Assembly: GCA_965112735.1 (NCBI GenBank)
Contig: OZ218950.1
Span: 6,076,001-6,140,000 of the forward strand
Source: Phaeosaccion multiseriatum
Lineage: Eukaryota; Protista; Ochrophyta, other classes
Direction: 5' to 3'
DNA length: 64,000 nt
Below, piece after piece: positions 10,608 to 22,299 of this stretch (the stretch's first letter is position 1; each line of letters starts with the position of its first letter). Position numbers and translations under genes: made by a program. The notes below the pieces were generated by a model, which saw only the letters and a program-made list of their open reading frames with translations, was not told the origin of the DNA and ran no database searches.

Positions 10608-13301
10608 GCAAGGAGGAGAAAGAGGAGGAGGACAAAGAGAGATGAGTGAGTGACACGACTGGATACAGCCCAACTGACGGGCAGCCTTGCAAACTAACAA
10701 GCTGTGGACTACAAAATTATAGACTGTATGGGGGAGAGGAGGGGGGTGGAAGGTCTGAGGGCATGTCTGCCGCACGAGACAAACAAACACACTCACACAC
10801 ACCAGGGTACCCGACATGGATGCATGGAAACAAGGGTAGGTAGGCAGTGATGGTCTTATTTCTGTTCCACTTCACCTAATGTCGCGTCCGCTGTCATCGG
10901 GGAATTTGCCTCTGGTGCCTTTGTCCTCTTGGCTGTCATGACCATCATCGACTCGGCTTTCGTGCTTGACATCCTCACTGTACTGCTTGACATTCGCATT
11001 GTCCACTTGGTTGTAGTGCTTAAGCTCGCCCCTACCGAGGCGCACCTCGAGAAGGGCTGAGGGCTCCGCTCCGGCACTGATGGACACCACGTCACGCTCA
11101 CCCACCTGGGGTGTCGAAGGGGAGGGGGCAAAGGGGGGGAGAGGGGTAGCGGATGGCAGCGGATGGGGAGGGGGGCATGAGGGCATGAGGGGCGGTGGGA
11201 GGAAAGGAGGCAAGGAGAGGGGGGCAGGGTTCAGCAGCGGACTTGCATCTACCTTCCACATGGGCTCCCCGCTGCCGCCCTCGCCCGTCATTCTCTCAGC
11301 CTGTGGAGTAGGAGAGAAAGGAGGCGAACAGAGATGGGCAGACCGGCAGACAGGCAGGCAGGCAGGCAGGAAGGCAGGCAGGCAGGGAGGAGGGGAGGGA
11401 GGGAGGGAGGGAGGGAGAGAGGGAGGGAAGGACAGATGCTATGAACGAGGAAGGAGAAAACGAAGGAAGGAACGAAAATCGCTGGTCTGCCTTCAGCGCT
11501 GCAGAAGGAGCCGAGACAGAAGCATTCGCAACGGGGCATGTTCTCTCAATATCGACATCTATGCTTGATCGAGATGAATCAACTGAAACCGAAACAAGGA
11601 GCTCAATAAACTGAAACTGAAACTGAAACTGAAACTGAAACGCACCTCGGGCACGCTGCGAGCCGCCCTCAGGAAGCGGCCCTTGTTCTCGGCCACCTTA
11701 CGTTCCACCCAGAAGGGGCACCCCCACATGCGGGGACAGCGCCCTCCCCTGTATACGCAGAGAGAGGATGGAGAGGGGGACGAGGAGGAAGAGGGGACGT
11801 GGAGGTGGGAGAGAGAATAGAGGGCGTACAACGGCGATGAGGTGCGGGGAAAACAGCGACCTCCGTAAGTACGAGAGAGCGCGAGCAAGCGAAAGAGCCT
11901 GGGTCGGAGGGCGCCCTCTCCCGCACTCCCTGAGGAGGGGGGAGGCAGGGCTTGCACCGAGAGGGGGGATGGATGCATAACGCAGCGAGAAGAAGAAAGT
12001 ATGACAAGTGAATAAACGCCATTGACCACGACCATTGCTACATCATACCTGCACACGCAGTCCGTCTCGGCACTCCCTCCCGTGGCCAGCGCGTCGGTAA
12101 AGAGTGTGGCCAGTTCGTCGCCCTGCATCTCTCTGCAAGGAGAGGGAGGGGAGGGAGGAGGGAGGCAAGGGAGGGATGGAGGAAGGACGGTATGATCATC
12201 ATCATTGTTCGGTGGACTTTCCTGCAACTAGCCCACGAGTTTCGGTTTCCGAAGGGTCGAAAGAGCGGGAGAGGGGGGAGAGAGAGAAGGAGAGAGGGGG
12301 AGAGAGAGGGAGAGAGAGACAGAGAGAGACGGAGAGGGGAGAGGGTGGGAGCGAGAGCGAGAGAGAGAGGCAGAGAGAGGCGACAGAGACAGAAGAGGAT
12401 TGAGGCCCTCACCGAACAGCGCCTGCTTCGTCCGCCCTCTGGAGCTGCTTGAACTGCACCACGGGGTTTCCGTACAGCCTTTTGTATACCACTGCTGCCC
12501 CTCCTCCACAGGCCAGGCTGCGGTAGTGACGATGCCATGACAGGTGAGCGTTGGCTGGGAGAGACAGAATGCTCACACTTGTCGAGGGAAAAATATTCAT
12601 GCGAGCAAGCAAGGGATACAAATAAGGGGGCGAGGGAGCGAGCGAGCGAGTGAGTGAGCGAGAGAGACAGATAGACAGACACACACACAGAGAGAGAGAG
12701 AAGAGAGAGAGAAAGAGAGAGAGAGGAAGGGAGGGAGAAGTAGTTTGTCCGCTGCCCTTCTCCCTCACCGATACACTCGATCCTCTTCAAGGACGGTCGT
12801 CCTGAGAGGAAACCTCGCCCTCTTCCACGCCTCTGTCTGCTTGAAGGTATCGGCCTTGACTTCGACTAGTTGCTGCACCAGTGATTCGAAGAGGGTGGGC
12901 TGCGGGTGAGTTTCGTCCTTCTCTGCCGGCTCTGCTTCTCCGTCTACTGCTGGTCGGAGCTCCTCTGCTTTAGCTAGCGCGATTGCCTCTCCTGCTGCCA
13001 TAGCAGCGTTGTCGCACAGCAGCTGAAGCGAATCATCCCCATCAAGAGCATTTAACGTGATGAATTGAGGCCGTGAATGTTGTGATGAGTGTTGTGACGA
13101 TGAGTGAAGGCCGTGAGTGACGGATACATCCCTTCCTCTACTCCTTGTCAGTGATCCCGTCCGTGGGCTCAGAAGAGAGAAGGGATGGGCGGCGACTAGA
13201 AGCTGCAGCAATAAGAGCAGAAGCAAGAGCATGAGGAAGAGAGAAGAGCAAGAGCATGAGGAAGAGAGAAGAGGGGCCCAGATTTTGAGCATCTGCGGCA
13301 T
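10370..13301 (-). CDS. Divergent plant cysteine oxidase/2-aminoethanethiol dioxygenase (PCO/ADO) cupin-like protein with signal peptide + transit-like presequence; exons 13301-12769, 12577-12413, 12132-12049, 11748-11646, 11300-11253, 11105-10876, 10502-10370 (~431 aa)
   Basis: Seven exons join in frame through GT-AG sites. The spliced product contains EEDRVYRVSILSLPANAHLSWHRH...VVYKRLYG (cf. PCO F.IGIF.LP....IPLHxHP....SKLL.G), PSALLEV (cf. PCAVLDV) and C-terminal FVEIVQP...TYLGPPV (cf. L.EI..P...Y.GP.I). The N-terminal Leu run ends VAAHP-FSLLSPRT, followed by an S/T/R-rich stretch. Confidence 0.65.
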
Positions 13302-13388
13302 TTGGTGATACGTTTTGACGACGACGTCAGTGGCAGTTTGATTTTTTCTCTTTTACCTTTAATCGTAGCGTAGGAAAGGAGGAGAGGG

Positions 13389-16300
13389 ATGGTTCGCAGG
13401 GAAGGATCGGGGGAAGGGCGGGGAGGGGATGAGGGGGACCCGCTCTCACAACAGGAGAATCGTTCAGAGCGCTTCAAACATCTCCTGCAGCCCATTCGAG
13501 ACCTTGCGCAGAACTGGGATATTGACATCGCAACCTCGCTGGAGGACTACCTGGAGGACCTCGAGATGGTCACCATCAGTATAGAGGGGGGTGAGCAGGG
13601 GCTGAACTTCGCCGAGGCTGCCCTGGTCATACAGGGCTCCAGCGCGGTGTACAGCCGAAAGGTGGAGCACCTGTACGCCCTCGTCCTTCGGACCATCGAG
13701 CAGCTGTCGAGCGGCCGCTTTAATGCAGCGGCAGCTGCAGGTGAGGGTGGAGAGGATGACGGGGAAGGGGGCGGAGGAGGAGGTGGCGCCGGTAGCAGAG
13801 GGAAAGGGGTGGACCAGGAGACTGGGTTTCTGCTCCTCGACGACATGCTCAAGGAAGGAAACGACATCGATCTTGCTCCCTCTGCGACTGGTGGAGGTGG
13901 TGTGAGAGCGGCGGAGAGCAGTCGCGCCGCGAGGAGGAGGCAGCTCGGATTGAAGCCCATGTTCGCTGACAGTGGCAAGGCAGGTGGAGATGCAGGAGGA
14001 GAAGCAGCAGCAGGAGGAGGAGGAGGAGAGCCCATCAGTCGGCAGCCACTCTTTTTGATGGAGCAGGACCATGGAAATGCTTTCAAAATGGGCACTTGCG
14101 TTGTGCATCGGGTGAGTGAGAGCGACAGTGTTGGGTACGGGACTCTCCCCACCTCACGCTTTCCTTCATAGTACGATAGTCACCCGCCCACCCACCCACC
14201 TCCCTGCGGCACAACCGTGGACAATACTCCCTCTCACTTACCCGATCACCCACGCATGTGACCCATCTCTCTTCCTGCTCTCCTCGTCGTCCTTCATCCC
14301 TTCTCCCCTCTCCTCCCTCGTCGCTCCTCCACAGTCGGGGGCTTTGATGCTGGACGGGGGACCTCTTCTCTCGGCCACAGCCCTACCACAGGGCGACACA
14401 GAGGACGGCATCGGAGGAAGCCGCGGCGGCGCGGATGGGTGGGCGGGAGTAGGAGGCGAGCGAGCGCCTGCAGGCAAGGGTGATTATGATGATGATGATG
14501 ATGATGATGATGTAGGCGACAATGGTGGAGACGCCTTCGACTTCGGTTATGGGGATGAAGGAGGAGGAGGAGGTGGGGGGGAGGAGGAAGGAGAGACGAT
14601 GGTGCAGGTGGGTGAAGACATGGATCAGGGCGGGCAGGTAGAGGACGAGGGGACTGCGGCAAACGGGGGGGGGTATAGCCTTCGCCACAGGGGAGCACAG
14701 CACCAGCAGCAGGCGGAGGAGGAGGGACAGGAGGAGCTAGAGAAAGAGGAGCCTGACCCGTGGGAAGCTTTGGATCCTCACGACGACGGGGGCGTCCCGC
14801 CCAAACCGTTCCGGCAGGGCCGGACCTTCCGACTGCCGCTGTCACTCAGGAAGACCACTGCCACGAGCCGATCCGCCAAGGTGGGGAGCAAGGGGAAGAA
14901 GGCAGCAGATGGGGCGGCAGTAGTCCCTAACAGAGCCGAAGTCGATTGGTTGGCGAGAGAGATGGGCGAGACTGAGGATGGGGCACTGCGGCTGAGGACA
15001 GGGCTGGGGAGTCTGTGCTACTCTGAGTTTGCCTACATTCAGAGAGCAAATCGCCTGAGACTAAGTCGGCACAAGCGGCAGCAACGGAGGAGAGAGGAGG
15101 CGGAGGCAGGCATGAAGGCGCGCACCGGGACGCGCTATGAACAACAGCTGGTGATACAGCAGCAGCAACAACAGGACCAAGGCAGAGGAGGCGCTGTAGA
15201 CTACTACTGCGACGAGGGTGATGAAGACGGGGAGGATGAGGGTGGGTACGGTATGGACTATGGTGCCGGGGGGTTCGCTGGCGACGAAGATGATGATGAG
15301 GACGAGGGGGAGGACGGATATGGATATGGCGGATACGACGGTGGGGGCAACGAGGATGGAGCGGGTTACGCAGGTTAGTTTGTACCTTTGGCGGCATGGG
15401 GAAAGGGATTGGAAGACTGAGTTTGACTGCTCATTCGGAGGTAGCGCGAGGCAACCCCACATCACATCATTCAGTGTAGGCCTGGCGCCTCTATCTGGTG
15501 CCCCGTCTCTCGAACCCTCTGTCGAAGCCAAGCCGAAAGCAAGCATACGTTGTATTGATGACTTTGCGTCGCGTTCTTTCCACCCACGGTGCTCGTCTTC
15601 CTCTTTCTCTGTCTGCAGCTTTGCCCCTCTCACCTCTCTCTCCTTCCTCTCTCCCCTCTCCCTCCCCCATGCCCCTCCTCTCCTCTCCTGGCAACACCAC
15701 CACCAACAACAAGGAGGAGGAGAGCACGGAGGCTACGACAACAACAGCGGCATTGGCCCCATGTCCCTCGAGCACGCCTTTCTCGACGCCCCGCAGACGT
15801 ACGAAGACCTGTGCCGTAGCCACATTGAGGCCTACATGAGAGGGGCAGAGCTCTTTGCCCAGGAGACCAAGCTGAGTCTGCGCGTGTCGGCGTGGCAGCA
15901 GAGGCTCGAGCCCCTCATGGAGCAGCAGGAGAATAGAGACCCCTTCGATATTCACAGGTATCCTCAATCTACGAAGTCTTGTCTGTCGGTCTGTCTGTAG
16001 TTTCAGGTTCAGCTTCTCTTGTGGCTGCTCATCGCTGTCCTCTCCCCCTCTCTCCTCTCGCGTCTGATGGAAATGCGCACGCGGGCCCTTCCTCCCTCCT
16101 ACACCCTTCCGGTCCACCGCTCCACCTGCACTCCCCTCTCTTTCCCTCTCTGTCTTCACCCTGGACCCAACATCCTTCTCTGTCCCCTACACCCTACACC
16201 CTCTTGTCTTCTATCTACCCTACCCTACACACTACGCTCTACATCCTACATTATGCCCTACACACTATACCTTCGACCCTATGCCCAAAATACCCTGCCC

Positions 16301-17279
16301 TACACACAATATCCTACACCCTATTCTCACCTTTCCCTCTGCATATACCCTACCTGATGCCCTACACTCTATACCTTCTACCCTATACCCTATACCCTAT
16401 ACCCTGCCCTACCTTATGCCCTATACACTACACCCTGCCAAGGTACGGCGAGCACATCATCACGCGTATTGCAGACTCTCTCGAGCCCGACGTCCGAGAC
16501 AAGGTAAGAGCAGGCGGGGCAAGTGAGGCTACGCGAGCAAACATTCTTCCTCCTCCTACGGCAACTACTCTACCCTTACCACTACGACTACACTTCCCTT
16601 TATACCCTCGCCTCCCCTCCCTCCCGTCATGGACGTGAATGGAATCGACCCCCAAACAATCAACTCTCCTCTCAACAGGTGGATCAGCTCCGCTCCTCCG
16701 AGGGCTCCGGCGAGGCATCCAAGGCCCTAAAGGGGGTGGTTTCCGCATCCGAGGTGGTGGTGCCCTTCGCGCAGGTGGTAGCGGGCAAGGAGCGATTCGA
16801 CATTTGCCGCATGTTCTTGGCGTCACTGCAGTTGGTAAGTGTGGCAGTGGCAGTGGCAGTACATGTATGGCGTTCAGTTTCAGTTTAGTGACATCGATGA
16901 TAGTACAGTGTCAACCATATCCATATAATATCGATAGGGAATCGAGCTGGTCTCTTCTTTGCTGGTTCCTTCGCTCATAGCCCCCTCTCTCCCCTGCCCT
17001 GTCCCTCTGTCTCCCTCCCTCCCTCTCTCTCCCCCCCTCCCCTACTCTCTCTCTCTCCCTCTCCCCTCCCCCCCTCTCTCTCCCTCTGCCGCCCCGTCCC
17101 ACCAGGCCAACAACGGCAACTTGTCTCTCCACCACGGCGCTGATGCCTCTCAGCAGCTGTTGCGTCCCTTTGAGCTCGAGCTGGCATCTGTCAAGGGGGT
17201 GCGCAACATCAGCAGCTCCTACCTTGCACCTTCCGTTCAGGGGGCAGCAGCAGCAGTTGGTGATACAGCTGTGGAGTAG
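13389..17279 (+). CDS. NCAPH2: Condensin-II complex kleisin subunit H2 (CAP-H2); exons 13389-14111, 14335-15373, 15714-15957, 16443-16503, 16679-16834, 17106-17279
   Basis: N-terminal RFKHLLQPIRDLAQNWDIDIA..LEDYL and LNFAEAALVIQGS..VYSRKVEHLY; middle DPWEALDPH..KPF; TYEDLCRSHI..W..RLEP; C-terminal DICRMFLASLQLANNGNL, all characteristic of CAP-H2. Confidence 0.95.
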
Positions 17280-18166
17280 GGGGAGTCAATTTGAGAGATT
17301 GGCGACTCGACTTCATTGTGTCAATCACGTGTGCGAGCAAGCGAAAATGTAACGCACTGGGTCACAAGTGGCAGCAGCAGCAGCACAGCCCTGCAGCATT
17401 TGGCGATACAAGTGGTTGTTGCTTTTGACTCTGGGATGGGAGATGAGGTGTCGTGTAGTGTGTGAGTGATCTGCGTGAACAAACGAATAAACACCAGAAC
17501 GGCAGCAAGGAGGGACGGTGTCGCCACGGCGGCGGAGAGAGACAAAAAGAAGAATAAACACTCACCTCCAAGACACCTAATGTTACCAAAGACTTTGTGG
17601 GCGGTATTGCACTCCCCTTGCCCACCCCTACCTGGCAAGCGTAACAAAAATAACTCAACTCGGCGGTGGAGGCACTTTAGGGGGGGTGGAGGGCCCTCTG
17701 GGCTGCAAGACACCCTTACGTAAGACCCGCATGGCCCTTCCCTAAGGAACAGGAGTTTCAGTTTGTTAGACCTCCACACGCTGCAGGGCCACAGAACTGA
17801 ACTTGATAGAGGTTGCAGGAGACAACGATGCCGGCATTCGACTTGTCTCGACGAGGGCAACACGACGCGCATGTTCAAACTCGCCAAAACAGTAGTTTGG
17901 GGTGGAAAGGGGGGTGTGTCTCTAAAACGGAGGTGTCTTGGATGTAAGTATATTTTAATTATAATAATTACTTCGAAGTAAAATTTAAACTGAAAATACG
18001 AAACAAATGTCTGGACTAATAATGGAACAATGGTGATGAACCTCCGACTAACAACAGGTGAAGAAGGTAGGGTGATACTAGGAGAGTACCCATCAAATCG
18101 ATACAATATCAATACATATCTATCTGTCTGTCTATAAATCAACCAAGACACGCGGGGAATCAATAA

Positions 18167-20893
18167 TTAAAACATAATACCGCCGTGCATGGTCACAAAG
18201 CTGCTGGAGGGGGAGAAGGCGTCTTCAGCTGCCATCGACAGCAACGACTCTTCCCTGGACAATGTCAGGGTGCTGCCACCACCCCTCGAGACCATGAGTT
18301 GTGTGTTCATGTCCCTGTCTCTCGACATGGGCATCATGGGGGGGGGCATTTCACTCGCACTCGACGACAGTAGCAGACTGCGCGTGCGCTGCTGTTGCTC
18401 AAAGTCGATTCCCAACTGCTCCTCTTCCTCCTCCTCCTCCTCCTCCTCCTGTACGAGCTCCTCGTCCTCCCTCTCCAACCTGACCCACGCCGCCTCGTCC
18501 TCCTCCTCCTCCTCCTCCATCTCCGCCCCCACCTGCTCTTCCTCCTCCGCCTCGTCCTCCTCGTCGTCGTCTTCCTGCTCAAAGTCAACAAGCCCAGTGT
18601 AGTCTTCCTCATCCTCCGACTCGTCACCGCCTCCACCCCCACCCCCGCCCCTTCCCCTCGTGAGATCGAATCCGAGCAGTTCCTCTGTGAACAGCTGAGT
18701 AAAGTCGTGTTTGCTGCCCCTCTTGCTCCCCAACACTGCGTTGCAGGGTTCCTTGGCGCCCCAAACGGCGGGTTTCTCCGTGAACTTGGCGTCGAAATTT
18801 CCCACCGCAACTGTCACCTCCTCCTGCCCCCCCTCCCCCCCCTGCTGCTGCGCCTGTTGCTGCTGCTGCTGCTGGAGCAACGTTTGCTGAGGCAGCAGCG
18901 GCGGGGTGAGGCTGCGGCTCTTGGCATCCTTCCAGTTCAGCACCCCGTCGAAGAACGAGCTCCTCTGAACCTCCCTCCAGCTTGTCATTCGCTTGCCCGT
19001 GCGCACTTGCAGCAACTGAGCAATGAGCTGCTTGGCCTCCTTGTCCACCGCCTTGCCGCGGTACGAGTACTCGCCCGCCATAATGAGCGCAGCGGTAGAG
19101 TCCACCCTCCTCCCTCCGGAGCCCCTCGCACCACCTCTCGCCGCAGTCGCCAGAGCCGCAGCAGTCGCCGCAGACATGGGCATGCCTTGGGGGCGCCAGA
19201 ACGGACTGTGGCCCATGTACAATTCAAACACAAAGCACCCAAACTGCCAAAAGTCGGCATCCAAGCCGTAGCCCCTGCCTGTAAACACCTCGGGGGCCAA
19301 GTACACTTTCGTACCGCACATGGTGAAGGTTCTCTCCGGATCGGGCTCCAACTTGCGCTTTGCTGCGACGGCGGCGGCCGCAGCTCCTGCTGCCCCTCCT
19401 TTGGTGCCCCACTTGCCCCCCTCCGAGGAGGCCGACGAGGAGGAGGAGTTTAAGGAGTAGTCCGCGCTGCTGCTATTGTCCGGCCTCTTGAGGCGCTTGG
19501 CAAGGCCCAAGTCGCCCAGCTTCACGTGTCCATAGGCGTCCACCAGCACATTCTCGGGCTTAATATCGCGGTGCAGAATCTTGTGCTTGTGTAAATGCTG
19601 CAGGCCCAGCGCCACCTCTGCGGCGTAGAAGGCAATGGCTTTGCGGTCCAGCAGCTGCTGCGTGCCTAGGCCAGCGCTGCTTGCCTTCTTTGCAGCAGCT
19701 GCTGCTGCTGCTGCCCCCGCCCTGCCCCCCCCCCTTGCCAGTGCTGCCCTTCTCGCCTCTGCTGCTGCCTCTAATGCTGCTGCTGCCTCTGCAGCCGCCC
19801 CCGTCCTCCGCCCCCGCCGCAGCAGCTCAAACATGTCCCCCCCGGCGCAGAACTCAAAGCCATAATATAGGAAGCCTCCCTCTCGAAAGGCCGTGCGCAG
19901 CGAAACGACAAAGTCGCTCCTGGGCAGGGCGCCGAGCACGTTGCGCTCGTTGATGAGCACCTTGGGCTTGTACTTGTGCAGGAGCTTAATCTCCTTCATG
20001 GCGAGGAGCTCCACCTCCTCCTCCTTGCCCTCCTTCTCACTCTTCTGCTTGATCTTTCGGCTCACCAGCAGCACACGCCCGAAATTCCCCTGCCCAATCA
20101 CCGAGTGCAGCTTAAAGTCGTCCACCGTCACCCGCCTCCTCGCGGCGAGCATCAGCGCCGCCACCCACCGCTGCTTCTCCACCGCCGTGCTTGCCGCCAA
20201 GGTGATAGTACGCGAGCCGCTGCTGCCGCTGCTGCTGCTGCCGTCACCCCCTGCCTTCCCCCCCGTCTTACCCCCCTCTGCCCCGGCAGGAAGCTTAATG
20301 GAGAAGGCGTGTCGCCCCCTCTGCGACTGGCCGGGCTCCTCGCTAATGACGGTCCCGGGCTTGCCGAGATCAAAGACGGAGGTCCAGCCCACGCGGTGGT
20401 TGCTGGACCTGCTGCTGGTGCCATCAACACTGCTGCTGCTCTTGCCGCTAGAACTGCTATTGATGGACCTCGTGGAGTGTGAGGTCAAGGCCGTCATGCT
20501 GCTGTAGCTGCTGACCATGGTGGTGCGGCTCTCGTGGTTGCGGTTGTGGGAGTGGGACAGAGGTCGACCGCTGCTGCTGCCCCCCGCGTCGAGATACAGC
20601 TGCTTCATGGCGTCGTGAGAAATGTCGGCCGGGCCAAAGGTGGGCTCCTTCCACACCAGCAGCACGGCGCCCCTCAGCTCGTAGTAGTGCAGTTTCTGAG
20701 CCTCGCTCTTCCACATGCCCGTGTATCGCGCCTTGCGCATCAAAAACCCCAGTCGCGCGGGCCGCAAGCTCGCCAGAACAGTGTCGGCTTCTCGTGGCGT
20801 GGCGGACGCCGCAGCGGCCATGGCCTTGGGGTTAGATGGTGGCTGCCCTGGCCGTGGCCGACGGCGACTGCCGCTGCTGGTGAGACTTGCCAT
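18167..20893 (-). CDS. PH-domain AGC-family Ser/Thr kinase (Akt/PKB-like), apparently intronless, acidic C-tail (~908 aa)
   Basis: PH: GFLMRK...YYELRGAVL...ITLAASTAVEKQRWVAAL. Kinase: DFKLHSVIGQGNFGRV, AMK, HRDIKPEN, KLGDLGLAK, TMCGTKVYLAPE, DFWQFG. AGC C-tail NFDAKFT. First ATG at 20893 (the ORF track extends to an upstream GTG). Confidence 0.9.
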   Translation of the reverse strand: MASLTSSGSRRRPRPGQPPSNPKAMAAAASATPREADTVLASLRPARLGFLMRKARYTGMWKSEAQKLHYYELRGAVLLVWKEPTFGPADISHDAMKQLYLDAGGSSSGRPLSHSHNRNHESRTTMVSSYSSMTALTSHSTRSINSSSSGKSSSSVDGTSSRSSNHRVGWTSVFDLGKPGTVISEEPGQSQRGRHAFSIKLPAGAEGGKTGGKAGGDGSSSSGSSGSRTITLAASTAVEKQRWVAALMLAARRRVTVDDFKLHSVIGQGNFGRVLLVSRKIKQKSEKEGKEEEVELLAMKEIKLLHKYKPKVLINERNVLGALPRSDFVVSLRTAFREGGFLYYGFEFCAGGDMFELLRRGRRTGAAAEAAAALEAAAEARRAALARGGGRAGAAAAAAAAKKASSAGLGTQQLLDRKAIAFYAAEVALGLQHLHKHKILHRDIKPENVLVDAYGHVKLGDLGLAKRLKRPDNSSSADYSLNSSSSSASSEGGKWGTKGGAAGAAAAAVAAKRKLEPDPERTFTMCGTKVYLAPEVFTGRGYGLDADFWQFGCFVFELYMGHSPFWRPQGMPMSAATAAALATAARGGARGSGGRRVDSTAALIMAGEYSYRGKAVDKEAKQLIAQLLQVRTGKRMTSWREVQRSSFFDGVLNWKDAKSRSLTPPLLPQQTLLQQQQQQQAQQQGGEGGQEEVTVAVGNFDAKFTEKPAVWGAKEPCNAVLGSKRGSKHDFTQLFTEELLGFDLTRGRGGGGGGGGDESEDEEDYTGLVDFEQEDDDEEDEAEEEEQVGAEMEEEEEEDEAAWVRLEREDEELVQEEEEEEEEEEQLGIDFEQQQRTRSLLLSSSASEMPPPMMPMSRDRDMNTQLMVSRGGGSTLTLSREESLLSMAAEDAFSPSSSFVTMHGGIMF

Positions 20894-22299
20894 GGCGTTG
20901 CAGTTTCTATTGCCTCCTCTGCGGTTTGTTGCTCTCCCCCTTTCAAACGCCAATTTTCTGATCGGTGTGCTGCGGCTGTTACTTCCTGCCACTCCTGCGG
21001 CTTCTTCTGCTGCTGCTGGCTGCTGCTGCTGCTCCTTCTCCTCCTTCTAGTGTTCCCAAGCTGCTGGGGGTTGTGCTGACGGCCTCCCTTTATAATCTAT
21101 TTCCTCTCTGCTGTTACCGTCTCCTCCTTGTGCTCGTCACATGGGTGCTCAAAAAATTCGGCGTTTAGGAGCTCCGTACACGAGCCCGGGCCGCAAAAGC
21201 ATATGGGTGCAATTTCTGCGTACGTTTTTCTCTCACCCGTGCGTCAGAGTAGAGTAGTATGTGCTATATGCTGGAGAGGGGAGAATTGATGAGAGTTAAG
21301 TATTGGCAGGGCAGAAAGATGAATTGACAAATTGGCACTGCCGGAGGGGCAGGTACTTGTATGTGGGGATGGGGGGGAGCGGGCTGTGTGGGCAGTTAAT
21401 GGTTAAATCGATGTCGACACTGGATATCGATCTCTATATCGCCGTTACTTCCCCCCTCCTCTTCTAACATGGTGTAGCTAATAAGACGCTTTCCCACAAC
21501 CCGTGCAAGTACGACGCTAGTCTCCAGAGAGGGAGATATCCCAACAAGCTATGTGCGGATAGGTAAAAGGGGTTTCGACAAAGTGCCGTGCTTGTGAAGG
21601 CTTCGGTGCCCGTATTGTCGAGTATTGGTAGAGAGTCATAAGTAGCCTTCGTCAGTCTCGAAGAACCCCCAGGTTTCCGGCTGCTCGTATTAAACCCCCA
21701 AGCATAGCTAAGATGTCGCAGCTGATGCGCAACAAGCTGACACCGGCGGTGGCAGCTGATGGTTGGCCGGCCGGCCGTAGCAGGTAGCAGGTAGTAAGAA
21801 AGAAAGAAAGAAAAGGCAAAAAGAAATCGGTAGCCGGAAATGGAAGGCTCTGCACCAGGAGCTCCCAAGTAAGGTTGATGTCGAGGATGGTGAGGCTAAA
21901 AATTAGGATACTCTGTACTGAGTCGACCCACCCGGGTGCGAGGGAGGGGTGAGGGGTGAGGGACGGGAAGACCACACTACAGACGCGGGGCAGCCAGCAG
22001 GCGCAGGACAAGACGGGCGTGGAGGGGGCATCAGCCAAGACTGCGGCATCATCTCTGACTCAGGCACAGGGCTCCTCCCTACTCCAGCGATGCATTTGCT
22101 AGATACAGTCTATTAGTAGAAGATTAATGAAAAAAAATTAGTCACCCCCCCCCCTGCTGTACAATCCATACAAAAATACAAAAATACAAAAAATGTCCTC
22201 GTCCGGCGGCGATTTGTCACCGCGGACTATTATGTAGCGCACTCTGAAACCCCATGCCCCTCTCCCCTCTTTGTATCAAAACTCCCCCTCCCCTCCTCT

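Noticed and set aside
11646-11748. SET-domain-like start (ENKGRFLRAARSVPE)
   Set aside because: No downstream NHSC or ELxxDY motifs; the exon splices in frame into the PCO/ADO-like gene.
16160-16440. Telomere-like CCCTATA repeats
   Set aside because: Only 3-4 perfect units inside a degenerate intronic repeat of NCAPH2; not a telomere array.
17321-18163. 280-aa minus-strand ORF between NCAPH2 and the kinase
   Set aside because: No motifs, atypical composition, and it occupies the expected 3' UTR region of two convergent genes.
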